Shown here: positions 1 to 10,095 of the stretch, in pieces | Position numbering within the stretch: position 1 is the first letter of the stretch | Layout of the letters: every line of letters starts with the position of its first letter | Source: Desulfobacterales bacterium | Lineage (GTDB): Bacteria; Desulfobacterota; Desulfobacteria; Desulfobacterales; UBA2245 | DNA: 64,000 nt | Direction of reading: 5' to 3' | Assembly (NCBI GenBank): GCA_040771865.1 | Contig: JAXGZF010000003.1 | Location: 248,001 to 312,000, forward strand | The notes under the pieces: generated by a model | What the model saw: the letters and a program-made list of their open reading frames with translations, nothing else | Told to the model about the DNA's origin: nothing | Database searches by the model: none | Position numbers and translations under genes: made by a program

Positions 1-2
1 CC

Positions 3-722
3 CTGATCGACTGGGGGGAGTTTCGGATTCACACCCTGTCTCCGCTGAGGCCCTCTGGATCACCCGAAGAGGCGGTCGCGGAAATGAAAACTGCCGCCGA
101 AAAGATCATGGCAAAGGGGAAATTTCTTCTGTCGCTGGGCGGCGATCACGCCATTGCAATCGGACCGGCGATCGCCGCCTCCCTGATCTATCCAAACCTG
201 GGCATTTTACAGGTAGATGCGCATCTGGATCTTCGCGATCGGTGGAACGGCAGTCCATACAACCATGCCTGTGTGATGCGCCGCATCGATGAAGAGGCGC
301 GGATCCCCATGGTTCAGGTGGGAATACGTGCATTTTGCGCTGAAGAGCTTGAATATGTCCGGTGCCGGAATCTTCGGCCTGTGTATGCGCACACCATCGA
401 TCCGGCGGACAATTCCTGGATTCAGGAGGTGGTTGACAGACTGCCCGAAAACGTCTACCTGAGCGTCGATCTGGACGGTCTGGACCCATCGGTGCTGCCG
501 GCAACCGGAACCCCCGAGCCCGGCGGCCTGAGTTTCCGACAGCTTGTTTCGCTGATCAAGGCGGTCGGACGCAGCCGGCGGGTGGTAGCCGCAGACATTA
601 ATGAACTTGCCAAAATAGAAGGTTCCCTATTTTCGGAATACACGGCCGCCAAGATCGCCACCAAGATTTTCATCCACTGCGCTTATCGGGAAGCGGTTTT
701 TCAGAAAGGTCGGAATCCGTGA
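3..722 (+). CDS. speB: Agmatinase (ureohydrolase family), 5'-truncated by the window edge
   Basis: Motifs GGDHAIA, DAHLD, DLDGLDPS and TGTPEPGG. The frame is open from position 3, upstream of the ATG at 84. Confidence 0.85.
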   Translation: MIDWGEFRIHTLSPLRPSGSPEEAVAEMKTAAEKIMAKGKFLLSLGGDHAIAIGPAIAASLIYPNLGILQVDAHLDLRDRWNGSPYNHACVMRRIDEEARIPMVQVGIRAFCAEELEYVRCRNLRPVYAHTIDPADNSWIQEVVDRLPENVYLSVDLDGLDPSVLPATGTPEPGGLSFRQLVSLIKAVGRSRRVVAADINELAKIEGSLFSEYTAAKIATKIFIHCAYREAVFQKGRNP

Positions 723-1234
723 CGGCGGCTGTCGATTCGCTGCCCGAGCGCATGCGGCAGTTCGCCCAACAGATCACGCCGTCCTCATGGAACGTCGTGC
801 TCCATCCTGGACAAAATCGCTGGATCGCGAGTACGCTGAACCTGCTGCTATCGGTCAAATCCGGTCCGTTTGAAGTGTTCACCGATTCCGAGGGTCGCCT
901 GTGCGGCCCGGAAACTCCGGGCGCCGTTCCCTGTCCGGCACTGCTTCGGGGAAATCTTCTGTACACCCCGCTTGACGAAATGCAAATCAATCGGCCCGGA
1001 ACGGCGGCTCATGCGGTCATTCAAATATGGCCTTGCGCCGGCGACTGGAAGGAACTGATCATCGAAGCCATGGCCCAGACGGCCGTGTGCCGGTATCTGG
1101 CCTTTGAGGCACGAATTCATCGAACTGAATTCACCACGGCATTTCGCAGGCCGGATATTGCGCCCGGCGACCCGCTGTATCGAAAAGCAAAACAGTTGTT
1201 TCAAAAACGGGCCGTTCGATTTTCAGGCGAATGA
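719..1234 (+). CDS. Hypothetical protein
   Basis: 171-aa ORF whose GTG start overlaps the speB stop (GTGA). No motif recognised. Confidence 0.55.
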   Translation: MTAAVDSLPERMRQFAQQITPSSWNVVLHPGQNRWIASTLNLLLSVKSGPFEVFTDSEGRLCGPETPGAVPCPALLRGNLLYTPLDEMQINRPGTAAHAVIQIWPCAGDWKELIIEAMAQTAVCRYLAFEARIHRTEFTTAFRRPDIAPGDPLYRKAKQLFQKRAVRFSGE

Positions 1235-1424
1235 TCCGCCGCTGCATGAATGCACTCGAAATCAATATAAAATTCAAAGCCATTTTTTCGGTTGATCAAT
1301 CCTCGAATCTTCTTTAGGATGCCGGCTTACTCGTCACTGAAATTTTGTCGGCTGTTTCGATGAACCAGCGGCAGCATCGTCATCCTGGTGAAGCGATTCG
1401 AAACTTAGAGGGAAATGCCTGAAA

Positions 1425-2177
1425 ATGGAAAAGCACGAAAGCCGGCGCTACCCTTCGGTCAAAGCGGCATCAAACGCAGATCGCATCAATATGGTAAAGG
1501 ACATCTTTGCCACGATCACGGGAAAATACGATTTTTTAAACCACCTGCTCAGCCTGCGCCGGGATGTGGCCTGGCGGCGCCGGACGGTTGGCGCCATGCG
1601 TTTTTTCAGAACCCACCGTTTGCTGGACATGGCTACGGGCACCGGGGATCTGGCCATCGAAGCGGCCCTGGTTCATCCGGACATTCAGGTGATCGGCATG
1701 GATTTTGTGAATGAAATGATGGACGTGGCTTGGGAAAAAATCATCCGCAAAAAGCTTTCCGGCCGCATCAGTCTGGTCCAGGCCGACGCCCTTCGAATTC
1801 CGGCTGCGGAAAACAGCTTTGACGCAGCAGCCATCGCTTTTGGCATTCGAAACATTCCGGAACGTCTGGCGGCTTTAAAGGAAATGGCCCGGGTGGTGGT
1901 TCCCGGCGGCAGGGTCCTAGTGCTGGAAATGACCTTTCCCCGCAGTGTTTTTTTTCAGAAAATCTACGATATCTATCTGAATCGTCTGCTGCCTCGCCTT
2001 GCCCGTGCATTTTCCCCGAATCCGGCGGCTTATGAATATCTGGCTGACTCGATCATGAATTTTCCCACAGCCCAGCGGTTCGCTCGTCTGATGGAACAAG
2101 CCGGCCTGAGAGACATCGAAATGCACCCCCTGACCTTTGGCGTCGCCTGGCTTCATGTGGGTCATAAACCGCAGTAG
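1425..2177 (+). CDS. ubiE: Demethylmenaquinone methyltransferase (UbiE/MenG)
   Basis: KYDFLNHLLS, SAM-binding LDMATGTGD, AFGIRN, YEYLADSI. Confidence 0.9.
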   Translation: MEKHESRRYPSVKAASNADRINMVKDIFATITGKYDFLNHLLSLRRDVAWRRRTVGAMRFFRTHRLLDMATGTGDLAIEAALVHPDIQVIGMDFVNEMMDVAWEKIIRKKLSGRISLVQADALRIPAAENSFDAAAIAFGIRNIPERLAALKEMARVVVPGGRVLVLEMTFPRSVFFQKIYDIYLNRLLPRLARAFSPNPAAYEYLADSIMNFPTAQRFARLMEQAGLRDIEMHPLTFGVAWLHVGHKPQ

Positions 2178-2203
2178 CTCTCGCAGCCAAGTCAATAAAG
2201 TGG

Positions 2204-2985
2204 GTGCACGGAAATTACAGATTAAAATTCGGGCGCGAAAATGTCTGGATAAGCTGGGGATACGGTTCATGGCGGCATTTATACTCCGCCGAAAATTCTC
2301 GAAGACGTGCGCAGTTTGATAAAAGAATTCAATGGATAAACAGTGATGGAATTGTCCGTCTCAACCCGTTTGTACGGGCCAGCCAAGTCCACTATCATTT
2401 CTGCCTGATCCATCCGTTCCGGACGGCAACGGCAGAACCGCCGGTCTCATCGGGGCCCATGGCGCTTCAAAGCTCCGGTATTGATTATGTTTCCAGAGCG
2501 CTTTCCAGTTAATATTACAGAAAAGTTGACAATTACTACATCGCGTTTTCAAAGAACATCAAGCTGAAAACCAATGTCACCCCGTTTGTCGAGTCTGCAG
2601 CAAAAGCGACGGTTAGTTCTCTTTCCGCAAGCAAGCAAACCATCGTCCGCTTCATGAGAATATTTTTCCTCAGTTTATTGCTCTTTAACAGGGTGTTGAA
2701 AAACAAGAATCAGGCCGTCAGGCAAGGCGCGCGGCGATGCGACAAGCGCAGCATATTCAAGCATATGTGAGCATTGGCGAGAGCCGTGCAACGCTGAATG
2801 GCGGCCTCAGGCGCAGTTTTTCAACAGCCTGTTAAAGCCGGCAGACTTACTCAACCGCGGCACGGTCCGCTGTGCCAGCTTCAGGACAACCCCGCGCATA
2901 GAATACGCCGCAGTTTTCTTTTCTGTACGGCGGCATCAGCACACGGACCGCGCTAAGGGAGCTGAAAAAACCACAAAAACAGTTT
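2204..2985 (+). pseudogene. Degraded Fic-domain gene, interrupted by a MITE
   Basis: Fragments across frames: GNYR, HGGIYTPPKILED (from ~2268), QWINSD...HYHFCLIHPF (HPF 2411-2419), then a frameshift to DGNGRTA (2422-2442). In-frame TAA at 2510. C-terminal STRTALRELKK (2938-2970) lies after the MITE. Confidence 0.75.
2689..2831. mobile_element. MITE-like repeat, copy 1 (143 bp)
   Basis: Terminal inverted repeats CAGGGTGTTGAAAAAC / GTTTTTCAACAGCCTG, flanked by TTAA direct repeats. Reverse complement of copies 2 and 3. Confidence 0.85.
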
Positions 2986-2986
2986 G

Positions 2987-4750
2987 TCAGAACAGGCCAA
3001 AGACCTTTCCGGTTTTTGTGTCCACATCGATCCGCCGAAACGCCGGGTTGGATCCGGTACCGGGCATCAGGCTGATATCCCAGGCACAGGGGCACAAGAA
3101 ACGGGCTCCGGAGTATACCAGCACATCTCGTATGGGAAGCTCCCATCCTTTTGGAACGCCCTTTAAACGGGGATCATGGCTCAGGCTCAGATGGGTCTTG
3201 ACCATGACCGTCGCAAAATCATCGTACCGGGGATCCTCTTCCAGGCGTCTGGCCTTGGCTGCGGCGTCCGGGCTCCAGGCAACCCCATCGGCGCCGTAAA
3301 TTTCTCTGGCAATCATGGCGACCCGGTCTCGCAGTTTCATCTCTTTTGGATAGAGAAAATGAAAACTCGGTTCTTCGCTGCAGGCGTCGATCACCGCGTC
3401 GGCCAGTTCCAGCGCTCCCTTGCCGCCTCTAAGCCAGTGATCCGAAACGGCAAATCGAGCCCCGGCCGCTTCGGCGGCTCTTCGTACCAGAGCGATCTCA
3501 TGAACGGTGTCCGTATAAAAACGGTTCAGGCATACCACCGGATTCATACCGGATTTCCGAATGGTGGCAATATGATGAATCATGTTTTCCAGACCCATTT
3601 CCACCAAGGCCAGATCCTCTTTCAGGTAAGCTTCTGGAAGGGACAGGCCCGGGGTGACCTTGGGGCCGCCGCCGTGCATCTTTAAGGCACGGATCGTGGT
3701 GGTGAGTACCGAAACATGGGGCTTCAGACCGCTGAGACGGCATTTGACGTTCCAGAATTTTTCAAACCCGATGTCTGCGGCAAATCCGCTTTCGGTCACA
3801 TGATAGTCAAACATCTTCAAGCCAATGCGGTCGGCTATGATCGAGGACTGGCCGATGGCGATATTGGCAAAGGGCCCGGCATGAACCATGCACGGCTGGT
3901 ATTCCGCGGTGCACATCAGCGTGGGATTGATGGTCTTGCGCATCCAGGCGGTCATGGCGCCGCCCACTTCCAAGTCGCCGGTGGTTACTGGATTGCCGCT
4001 GCGATCAAAGGCCACGGTGATTTTATCCATGCGCTTTCTCAGGTCTTCCAGATCACGGGCAATGGAAAGGATTGCCATGCATTCAGAGGCTGGCGCAATA
4101 TCAAAACGAGACTGCATGGTAAACCCGTCATGGCGGCCGCCCATGCCGATCACGATATTTCGAAGCGCCTGGGCACAGAAGTCGATTACCCAGCCCATCT
4201 CGATGCGGGTCGGGTCGATGTTCAGCCGCCGCATGCCCGTCAGTCGATCGAGCTGTTCATCGTTGTAGTTGCGTTCGTGCTGCATGCGGGCGGTCATGGC
4301 CACCATGGCCAGATTGTGGGCGTTCATGATGTCATTGATGTCGTTGGTCAGTCCCAGGGAAAAATCCGTCATGGGAATCAGCAGCGCGTTGCCGCCGCCG
4401 GCCGCCGTGCCCTTCACGTTCATGGTGGGCCCCCCCGAGGGCTGGCGCAGGGCACCTCCCACCTTTTTCCCCCGCTTGCCCAGCCCCTCCATAAGCCCAA
4501 GGGAAGTGGTGGTTTTTCCCTCGCCCAGCGGCGTTGGAGTGATCGCGGTCACCTCGATGTATTTTCCATTGGGCCTGTCCCTGAGACGATCAATGATTTT
4601 CATGAAATCCAGCTTGCAGAGCCTTCCCATGGGAAGTACCTCGTCTTTTTGAAGTCCCAGATTCTTTCGCCACTGATCTGGCATGGGCATGTGTTCTTCG
4701 GCCGCCTCGGAGATCCGCCAGTCTTCCATTTCAAGAGGATTGTATGCCAT
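2987..4750 (-). CDS. fhs: Formate--tetrahydrofolate ligase
   Basis: [57 protein letters not shown]. Confidence 0.95.
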   Translation of the reverse strand: MAYNPLEMEDWRISEAAEEHMPMPDQWRKNLGLQKDEVLPMGRLCKLDFMKIIDRLRDRPNGKYIEVTAITPTPLGEGKTTTSLGLMEGLGKRGKKVGGALRQPSGGPTMNVKGTAAGGGNALLIPMTDFSLGLTNDINDIMNAHNLAMVAMTARMQHERNYNDEQLDRLTGMRRLNIDPTRIEMGWVIDFCAQALRNIVIGMGGRHDGFTMQSRFDIAPASECMAILSIARDLEDLRKRMDKITVAFDRSGNPVTTGDLEVGGAMTAWMRKTINPTLMCTAEYQPCMVHAGPFANIAIGQSSIIADRIGLKMFDYHVTESGFAADIGFEKFWNVKCRLSGLKPHVSVLTTTIRALKMHGGGPKVTPGLSLPEAYLKEDLALVEMGLENMIHHIATIRKSGMNPVVCLNRFYTDTVHEIALVRRAAEAAGARFAVSDHWLRGGKGALELADAVIDACSEEPSFHFLYPKEMKLRDRVAMIAREIYGADGVAWSPDAAAKARRLEEDPRYDDFATVMVKTHLSLSHDPRLKGVPKGWELPIRDVLVYSGARFLCPCAWDISLMPGTGSNPAFRRIDVDTKTGKVFGLF

Positions 4751-4994
4751 TGTATGATTTCCTGGTTCTGTTTGGTTTAAATTTTATTAAATTCAGATCG
4801 TTATCACGACAGGAAGACTTTTGACAAGAAGTTTTGCGGCCCGGAAAAAAGAAAACGTGTTGTGGCAATGATTTTGTTGAATATGCATAACACGCCGATG
4901 TCGACGCGATGAGTGCCTGAACATGCAACCGACTCATTCGCTTTGCAGGCTTTAATCCCGATTGCTGGGACTATTCGATTTCCAATCAAGCGAT

Positions 4995-5030
4995 AAAAAA
5001 AGACTAACCGACCTGAGTCGATTAGTCTTT
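4995..5030 (-). terminator. Intrinsic terminator
   Basis: Minus strand AAAGACTAATCGAC-TCAG-GTCGGTTAGTCTTT: 14-bp stem with one G-U, running into a T tract. Confidence 0.8.
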
Positions 5031-5062
5031 AAGGAAGAGAAAAAGATGAAATTTACGGTTGA
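4995..5062 (-). ncRNA. Candidate sigma54-dependent small RNA (~68 nt)
   Basis: Bounded by a -24/-12 promoter (5074-5087) and an intrinsic terminator (4995-5030). Contains the pyrimidine-rich tract UUUCAUCUUUUUCUCUUCCUU. Confidence 0.55.
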
Positions 5063-5071
5063 CTATTTTTA

Positions 5072-5089
5072 AAGCAAATGGAATGCCAA
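5072..5089 (-). promoter_or_regulatory. Sigma54 (-24/-12) promoter
   Basis: Minus strand TTGGCATTCCATTTGCTT: exact GG-N10-GC spacing with TGGCA and TTGC flanks. AT-rich tract immediately upstream (5100-5160). Confidence 0.7.
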
Positions 5090-5212
5090 AATTCAATTTT
5101 TACGCGATATTTAAATTTATTTTATAACCTATTAATATTTATTAAAATTTTTCAATATCGCACTGCTGAGGATTTCCGGAAGCAGATATTTTTGCACAAA
5201 AACCTTGCCGAA

Positions 5213-5310
5213 AAGTTCATATTTTTAAACTTCAAATCCCTGGCGAATTTCTAATTATCTGTATTTAAAGACTTTTATTGCAATTCCGGAAAGTTCAATA
5301 TTTTGAACTT
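5213..5310. promoter_or_regulatory. Two related palindromes, putative activator binding sites
   Basis: AAGTTCAATATTTTGAACTT at 5291-5310 (perfect 8-bp arms) and AAGTTCATATTTTTAAACTT at 5213-5232. Confidence 0.5.
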
Positions 5311-5567
5311 GTGGCCATTATTCTTGAACTTGATAAATTCAATATACTTTTCGAGCGGCCGAAGCGAAAATAAAAGCTTGTGAAGAAGCCAAGAGACAAA
5401 TGCGGTTACCGCTCCGCCGCAGGGGGTGAAGCGCATTGAATGGTCGCCAAGACCCTGAGACAGCGGGTGCTCTCTGACCGGATTTCCATGTGCAAATGCG
5501 TTCGATGGCGCCACTCCACAAAGTTCATGTTGAAAATCATTGAAGTTTTCTCTCTGGCGAACAAATG

Positions 5568-5600
5568 AAGAGGGTGTTGAGATAAACTCAATACCCTCTT
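5568..5600 (-). terminator. Hairpin downstream of tRNA-Leu
   Basis: AAGAGGGTGTTGAG-ATAAA-CTCAATACCCTCTT inverted repeat. Confidence 0.65.
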
Positions 5601-5610
5601 TGAATATCGG

Positions 5611-5697
5611 TGGTGCCGAAGGCCGGACTTGAACCGGCACGGGCGTAGCCCACTACCCCCTCAAGATAGCGTGTCTACCAAGTTCCACCACTTCGGC
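5611..5697 (-). tRNA. tRNA-Leu(GAG)
   Basis: GCCGAAG...CTTCGGC-ACCA acceptor stem, anticodon arm CTATC-TTGAGGG-GGTAG, long variable arm, GTTCAAGTC T-loop. Sits directly downstream of secG. Confidence 0.95.
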
Positions 5698-5706
5698 ACA
5701 GACGCA

Positions 5707-6075
5707 TTATTTTTGGTCTGCGGGCTGAGCAGGCGTCTCGTGTGTTTTGGAGGTCTGATCAGCGGTTGCCGGCATTCCCGTTTCGGTGTCGGGCGCCGTC
5801 TGGGTTATGGGTGCCTTGGCATTTTCCATGACCGATTGCCTTGTCCTGTCGCTCGATATATAGGCAAGCGTCAGGGATGTCAGCATGAATACAATTGCCG
5901 CCACGGTAGTTGCTTTACTCAAAAAGGTCGAGGCACCGGTGCTGCCGAAAAGCGTCTGACTGGACCCGCCGCCAAAGGCGGCACCCATATCGGCCGCTTT
6001 TCCGGTTTGCAGCAGGACAATTAAAATCAGGGCCACACAGACAATCACATGTATTATAACCAGCACAGCTGACAT
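5707..6075 (-). CDS. secG: Preprotein translocase subunit SecG
   Basis: LIVLLQTGKAADMGAAFGGGSSQTLFGS, two TM segments, tpiA-secG-tRNA-Leu order. Confidence 0.95.
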   Translation of the reverse strand: MSAVLVIIHVIVCVALILIVLLQTGKAADMGAAFGGGSSQTLFGSTGASTFLSKATTVAAIVFMLTSLTLAYISSDRTRQSVMENAKAPITQTAPDTETGMPATADQTSKTHETPAQPADQK

Positions 6076-6087
6076 TGTATTTTTCTA

Positions 6088-6849
6088 TTATTTTTCAAAT
6101 TGTATAATCTGGCTGAAAACTTCTGCTTCCAGGCTCGCACCGCCCACCAGCGCACCGTCCACATCCGGCATTCCCATAAGCTCCTTGATATTGCCGGGTT
6201 TGACGCTACCTCCATATAGTATTCTTATGGAATTGGCAAGCGGATTTAAAAAAACCTCTTCCATAAGCCCGCGCAGGAACTGGTGCACTTCCTGGGCCTG
6301 CGCGCTGGTCGCGGTTTTTCCGGTACCTATGGCCCAGACGGGTTCATAGGCAATCACAAGCGACCGAAGCTCTTCCGACGAAAAACCTTTTAAGCCGAAT
6401 TGGATTTGTTTGTCAAGCACGGAAAAAGTCTCTCCGGCATTCCGCTGCTGATCACTTTCGCCTACGCACAGAATAGGAATCAGCTGATGGAACAAGGCGG
6501 CCTGAATTTTTTTATTGACAGTTTCATTGGTTTCTCCGAAATACTGGCGTCTTTCGGAATGCCCGATGATCACATACCGGCATCCGAGATCCTTTAGCAT
6601 TACAGGTGAGATTTCGCCTGTGTAAGCGCCCTTTGATTCCCAGAACATGTTCTGAGCGCCCAGAGCTATCCTGCTGTTTTTGAGGGCGTCGGCTGTTTGG
6701 GACAAAGCCGTAAATGCGGGTGCGATCATAATATCCACACCATCGACGTCTTTTACTCTTTGTACCAGTTCGATGGCGGTTTGAAAGGCCTCAGGACCGG
6801 TTTTGAACATCTTCCAGTTTCCGGCGATCAGCGGCGTGCGGTTTTTCAT
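6088..6849 (-). CDS. tpiA: Triosephosphate isomerase
   Basis: IAGNWKM, IGHSERR, AYEPVWAIGTGK, LVGGASL. Start moved to the ATG of MKNRTP (6849). Confidence 0.95.
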   Translation of the reverse strand: MKNRTPLIAGNWKMFKTGPEAFQTAIELVQRVKDVDGVDIMIAPAFTALSQTADALKNSRIALGAQNMFWESKGAYTGEISPVMLKDLGCRYVIIGHSERRQYFGETNETVNKKIQAALFHQLIPILCVGESDQQRNAGETFSVLDKQIQFGLKGFSSEELRSLVIAYEPVWAIGTGKTATSAQAQEVHQFLRGLMEEVFLNPLANSIRILYGGSVKPGNIKELMGMPDVDGALVGGASLEAEVFSQIIQFEK

Positions 6850-7001
6850 GGCATCCAGTTCCTTTGATGTTTTGCGGTTAAGATGAACGGCTGTGCGTTT
6901 GACCGTGGCTTTTCGCTTCTTGAGAAAACTTGATCTTGGGCTCGGATAAAATACGCAACCGTTCACTCCGGCGGCCTGATTGTTTTTCTGTTTCGGGCTC
7001 G

Positions 7002-8006
7002 TTAAAGCTGAGCTCCGATCATGGCCGCCATTTCCACCATCCGGTTTGAATAGCCGGTTTCATTGTCGTACCAGGACAGCACCTTGACCATGTTGCCGGA
7101 TACATGGGTGGTCTGGGCGTCGACAATGGACGAAAGGGGGCAACCGTTAAAATCCACGGACACCAGTGGGAGCTCGTTGAATCCAAGAATGCCGGCCAGA
7201 GGGCCCTGTGCAGCCGATTTGAGGGCGTCGTTGACATCCGTGACGGTGACGCCGGATTTTTCAACCGTGGCTACAAAATCCACGATCGAAACATTGGGAG
7301 TTGGAACCCGGATGGCCAGGCCGTTGAGTTTTCCGGAAAGCTCCGGCAACACGAGGGCGACTGCCCTGGCGGCGCCGGTCGTTGTCGGCACCATGGAAAG
7401 CGCTGCGGCACGGGCTCTTCTAAGGTCCTTGTGCGGAAAATCCAGAAGCCGCTGGTCACCGGTGTAGGCATGGACTGTGGTCATCAGGCCGTATCGGATG
7501 CCGAAATTTTCGAGCAGCACCTTTGCCACCGGAGCCAGACAGTTGGTGGTGCAGGATGCATTGGAGATGATGTGATGCTGCTTGGGTTTGTACTGGGATG
7601 AGTTGACTCCCATGACGATGGTGATATCAGGATCTTTGGCGGGCGCCGAGATGATGACCTTGCGGGCGCCTGCGGAAAGATGTTTTGATGCGCTATCCCG
7701 GCCTGTAAAGAATCCTGTGCACTCCGCGACAACGTCCACGCCATGGCTTTTCCAGTCCAGGCTGTCTGGATCCTTAATCGATGTGACGGCGATGCTGCGA
7801 CCGTCGACTTCAATGCTGCCTTCACCTGCATGAACCGGGCAATTCAGCTTTCCGTGAACGGAGTCGTAAGCCAACAGATGCGCCATGACTGCCGGATCAG
7901 ACAGATCATTGATGGCGACGACTTCAACTTCGGGATGGGCCATGGCGGCGCGAAATACAAGCCGGCCGATTCTTCCAAAACCGTTGATTCCAATTTTGAT
8001 GCTCAT
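7002..8006 (-). CDS. gap: Type I glyceraldehyde-3-phosphate dehydrogenase
   Basis: GINGFGRIGR, SNASCTTNCL, SWYDNE. GGAGG RBS precedes the ATG at 8006. Confidence 0.95.
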   Translation of the reverse strand: MSIKIGINGFGRIGRLVFRAAMAHPEVEVVAINDLSDPAVMAHLLAYDSVHGKLNCPVHAGEGSIEVDGRSIAVTSIKDPDSLDWKSHGVDVVAECTGFFTGRDSASKHLSAGARKVIISAPAKDPDITIVMGVNSSQYKPKQHHIISNASCTTNCLAPVAKVLLENFGIRYGLMTTVHAYTGDQRLLDFPHKDLRRARAAALSMVPTTTGAARAVALVLPELSGKLNGLAIRVPTPNVSIVDFVATVEKSGVTVTDVNDALKSAAQGPLAGILGFNELPLVSVDFNGCPLSSIVDAQTTHVSGNMVKVLSWYDNETGYSNRMVEMAAMIGAQL

Positions 8007-8166
8007 AAAACCTCCTTTGGGGCGCCATAGATTAATAAGGCACAGCATTGATGCGCGCCGTAAGCATGTACAGCATTTTACCGCAGGGGAAAACATCCTG
8101 CATCACGTCACGGCATTGAAAACGGCCATGATCATGCTGCGGAAAACCGAAGATTTCTTCAGATGC

Positions 8167-8583
8167 CTATTTGCTTTTCTTGTTGCCCTTAAGAATTCTG
8201 CTTGCCAGAGAGATGCTCTTTTTGCCGTAATCTTCAACACACTGGGCCAGTTCTCCGACTTCCATGTTCCTTCGAGCGCTTTCAGCCTTGATTAAAACGG
8301 GAAGATTGATGCCTGAGAGAACCTCTACCCTGCTTTCTTCGAGAAAAGAATAGCTCAAATTCGATGGCGTTCCTCCGAACATGTCGGTCAGAATCAATAT
8401 GCCTTTTTTCTTGTCGACTTTCTTGATGCCTTCCATGATTTTGGCCCGCAGTTTGTCGGCATTTTCCTTCAGATCAATAGAAACAGCCGTGACGCCTTCC
8501 GGTCGATGGCCGAGAATAAATTCTGTGGCCTCGATGAGTGCTTGTCCCAGCTGACAGTGTGTTACGATTACAATACCAATCAT
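8167..8583 (-). CDS. PTS mannose/fructose-type EIIA component
   Basis: MIGIVIVTH, LTDMFGGTPSN, GINLP. Confidence 0.85.
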   Translation of the reverse strand: MIGIVIVTHCQLGQALIEATEFILGHRPEGVTAVSIDLKENADKLRAKIMEGIKKVDKKKGILILTDMFGGTPSNLSYSFLEESRVEVLSGINLPVLIKAESARRNMEVGELAQCVEDYGKKSISLASRILKGNKKSK

Positions 8584-8659
8584 GGTACTCCTTGTTCGCA
8601 GATCGTGTTGCGCCTTGGCGATTGAATTGAAAGAGGCTTTTCATGGGAACCCTTGGCTC

Positions 8660-9523
8660 TCACTGGTCGATGTCCCGGTGGCTGATTTTAACACATCGTT
8701 GCTTCTGAAAGATATGATCAAAAACAGCCTCTGCTATGGCAACCGATCGATGGCGTCCACCGGTACAACCAACAGCAATGGTCAGGTATGCCTTGCCTTC
8801 CTTTTCATGCAATGGAATAAGATAGTCAAGCAGATCCAGATATTTGTCAAGAAATATGAGTGTTTCCTCGTGATTCATCAGGTATTGTTTGACCCGCGGC
8901 TCTTTTCCGCTGAGTTCTTTTAATTCGGCAATAAAATACGGGTTGGGCAGGAATCGGACGTCCATGATCAGATTCGACTCATGGGGAATGCCGAACTTGA
9001 ACCCGAAGGAAAGGACGCTGATGGTCATGGGGGTGAACTGCTTGCTCTTCTGCGCAATTTCGAAAATAATCGATTTCAATTGATGGACATTATAGCGCGA
9101 TGTATCGATGATTTTATCGGCAACGCTTCTAAGCGCGAGGAGTTGATTTATTTCAGCCTGAATGCTTTCGGAAAGGCCCTGATGCCTGGAAAGGGGATGG
9201 TGCCGTCGGGTCTGGCTGTAACGCTGAACCAGAATTTCCCTGTCGGACTCAAGAAACAGAATCTGGTAATGATATCCATGTTCTTTCAGCCACTGAAAAA
9301 TCGAGGAGTATCCGGCTATAAAACTTTTTTCCCGCAAATCCATGACAAAAGCCAGACCGGAGATTTCGGAAGGACTTTGAATGGGAATTTCCAGGAACTT
9401 GGGAAGCAGCACCACAGGCATATTGTCGACGCAGTAATAACCCGCGTCTTCAAAAGCCGCCAGCGCCGTGCTTTTCCCAGAGCCGGAAAGGCCCGTGATG
9501 ATTGTTATGCTGAGATGCTTCAC
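8660..9523 (-). CDS. rapZ: RNase adapter RapZ
   Basis: TGLSGSGKS, CVDNMP, SFGFKFG, DVRFLPNPYF, GCTGGRHRSV. Confidence 0.92.
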   Translation of the reverse strand: MKHLSITIITGLSGSGKSTALAAFEDAGYYCVDNMPVVLLPKFLEIPIQSPSEISGLAFVMDLREKSFIAGYSSIFQWLKEHGYHYQILFLESDREILVQRYSQTRRHHPLSRHQGLSESIQAEINQLLALRSVADKIIDTSRYNVHQLKSIIFEIAQKSKQFTPMTISVLSFGFKFGIPHESNLIMDVRFLPNPYFIAELKELSGKEPRVKQYLMNHEETLIFLDKYLDLLDYLIPLHEKEGKAYLTIAVGCTGGRHRSVAIAEAVFDHIFQKQRCVKISHRDIDQ

Positions 9524-9575
9524 CCGGAATGTCCGTAATGAGACGCTTTAAAGCGTTTTTCGATCCGCCTTTCAA

Positions 9576-10034
9576 TCAGAATTCATCGTCATCATCTTGA
9601 ATGATATCGTAAACTTCCTCTTTGCTTCGAGCGACTATCAGACGTTCCTTGAAAGGGTCATTTTTCAGAATTCTGGAAATGCGCGCCAGAAGTTTCAGAT
9701 GGTCCCCCGCAGAATTTTCAGGAGTGAGCAACAAAAAGAAGATATGGGTGGGTTTTCCATCCATGGAATCAAAATTTACGCCGTTTCGGCTCAAGCCGAA
9801 TCCCAGGATCAGAGAGTTCAGGCCTTTGACCTTTCCGTGAGGAATTCCGATTCCTCCGCCGATCCCTGTACTGCCGAGTCTTTCCCTTTCCATGAGAACT
9901 TCGACGAGATTTTGATGGCGGATGCCGGAAATCCGGGAGATCGGCGCGGCAAGTTCTTCAAGAATCCCCTTCTTTTCCTGAGCCTCAAGGTCGATTAGAA
10001 TCGCATCCCGAGGTAAAACGTCTAAAATTTTCAT
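9576..10034 (-). CDS. ptsN: PTS EIIA(Ntr)-like protein
   Basis: ERERLGSTGIGGGIGIPHGK, HLKLLARISR; position in the rpoN operon. Confidence 0.88.
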   Translation of the reverse strand: MKILDVLPRDAILIDLEAQEKKGILEELAAPISRISGIRHQNLVEVLMERERLGSTGIGGGIGIPHGKVKGLNSLILGFGLSRNGVNFDSMDGKPTHIFFLLLTPENSAGDHLKLLARISRILKNDPFKERLIVARSKEEVYDIIQDDDDEF

Positions 10035-10095
10035 TTCAAGTTCACCGGGGGCGCGGACGGCGGCACTGCAGCCTCCGGCACTCCATAAAGTGGCA

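Noticed and set aside
3176..4780. Long antisense ORFs over fhs (and similar shadow ORFs over kdsA, DUF39, alaS, pyrG and others)
   Set aside because: Shadow frames of well-supported genes with no protein motifs.
4751..4990. ZTP or THF riboswitch upstream of fhs
   Set aside because: No recognisable consensus by eye; an Rfam covariance scan would be needed to exclude it fully.
5046..5072. 8-codon ORF MKFTVDYF behind an AAGGA sequence on the + strand
   Set aside because: Better explained as the complement of the candidate sRNA, since the promoter and terminator point the other way.
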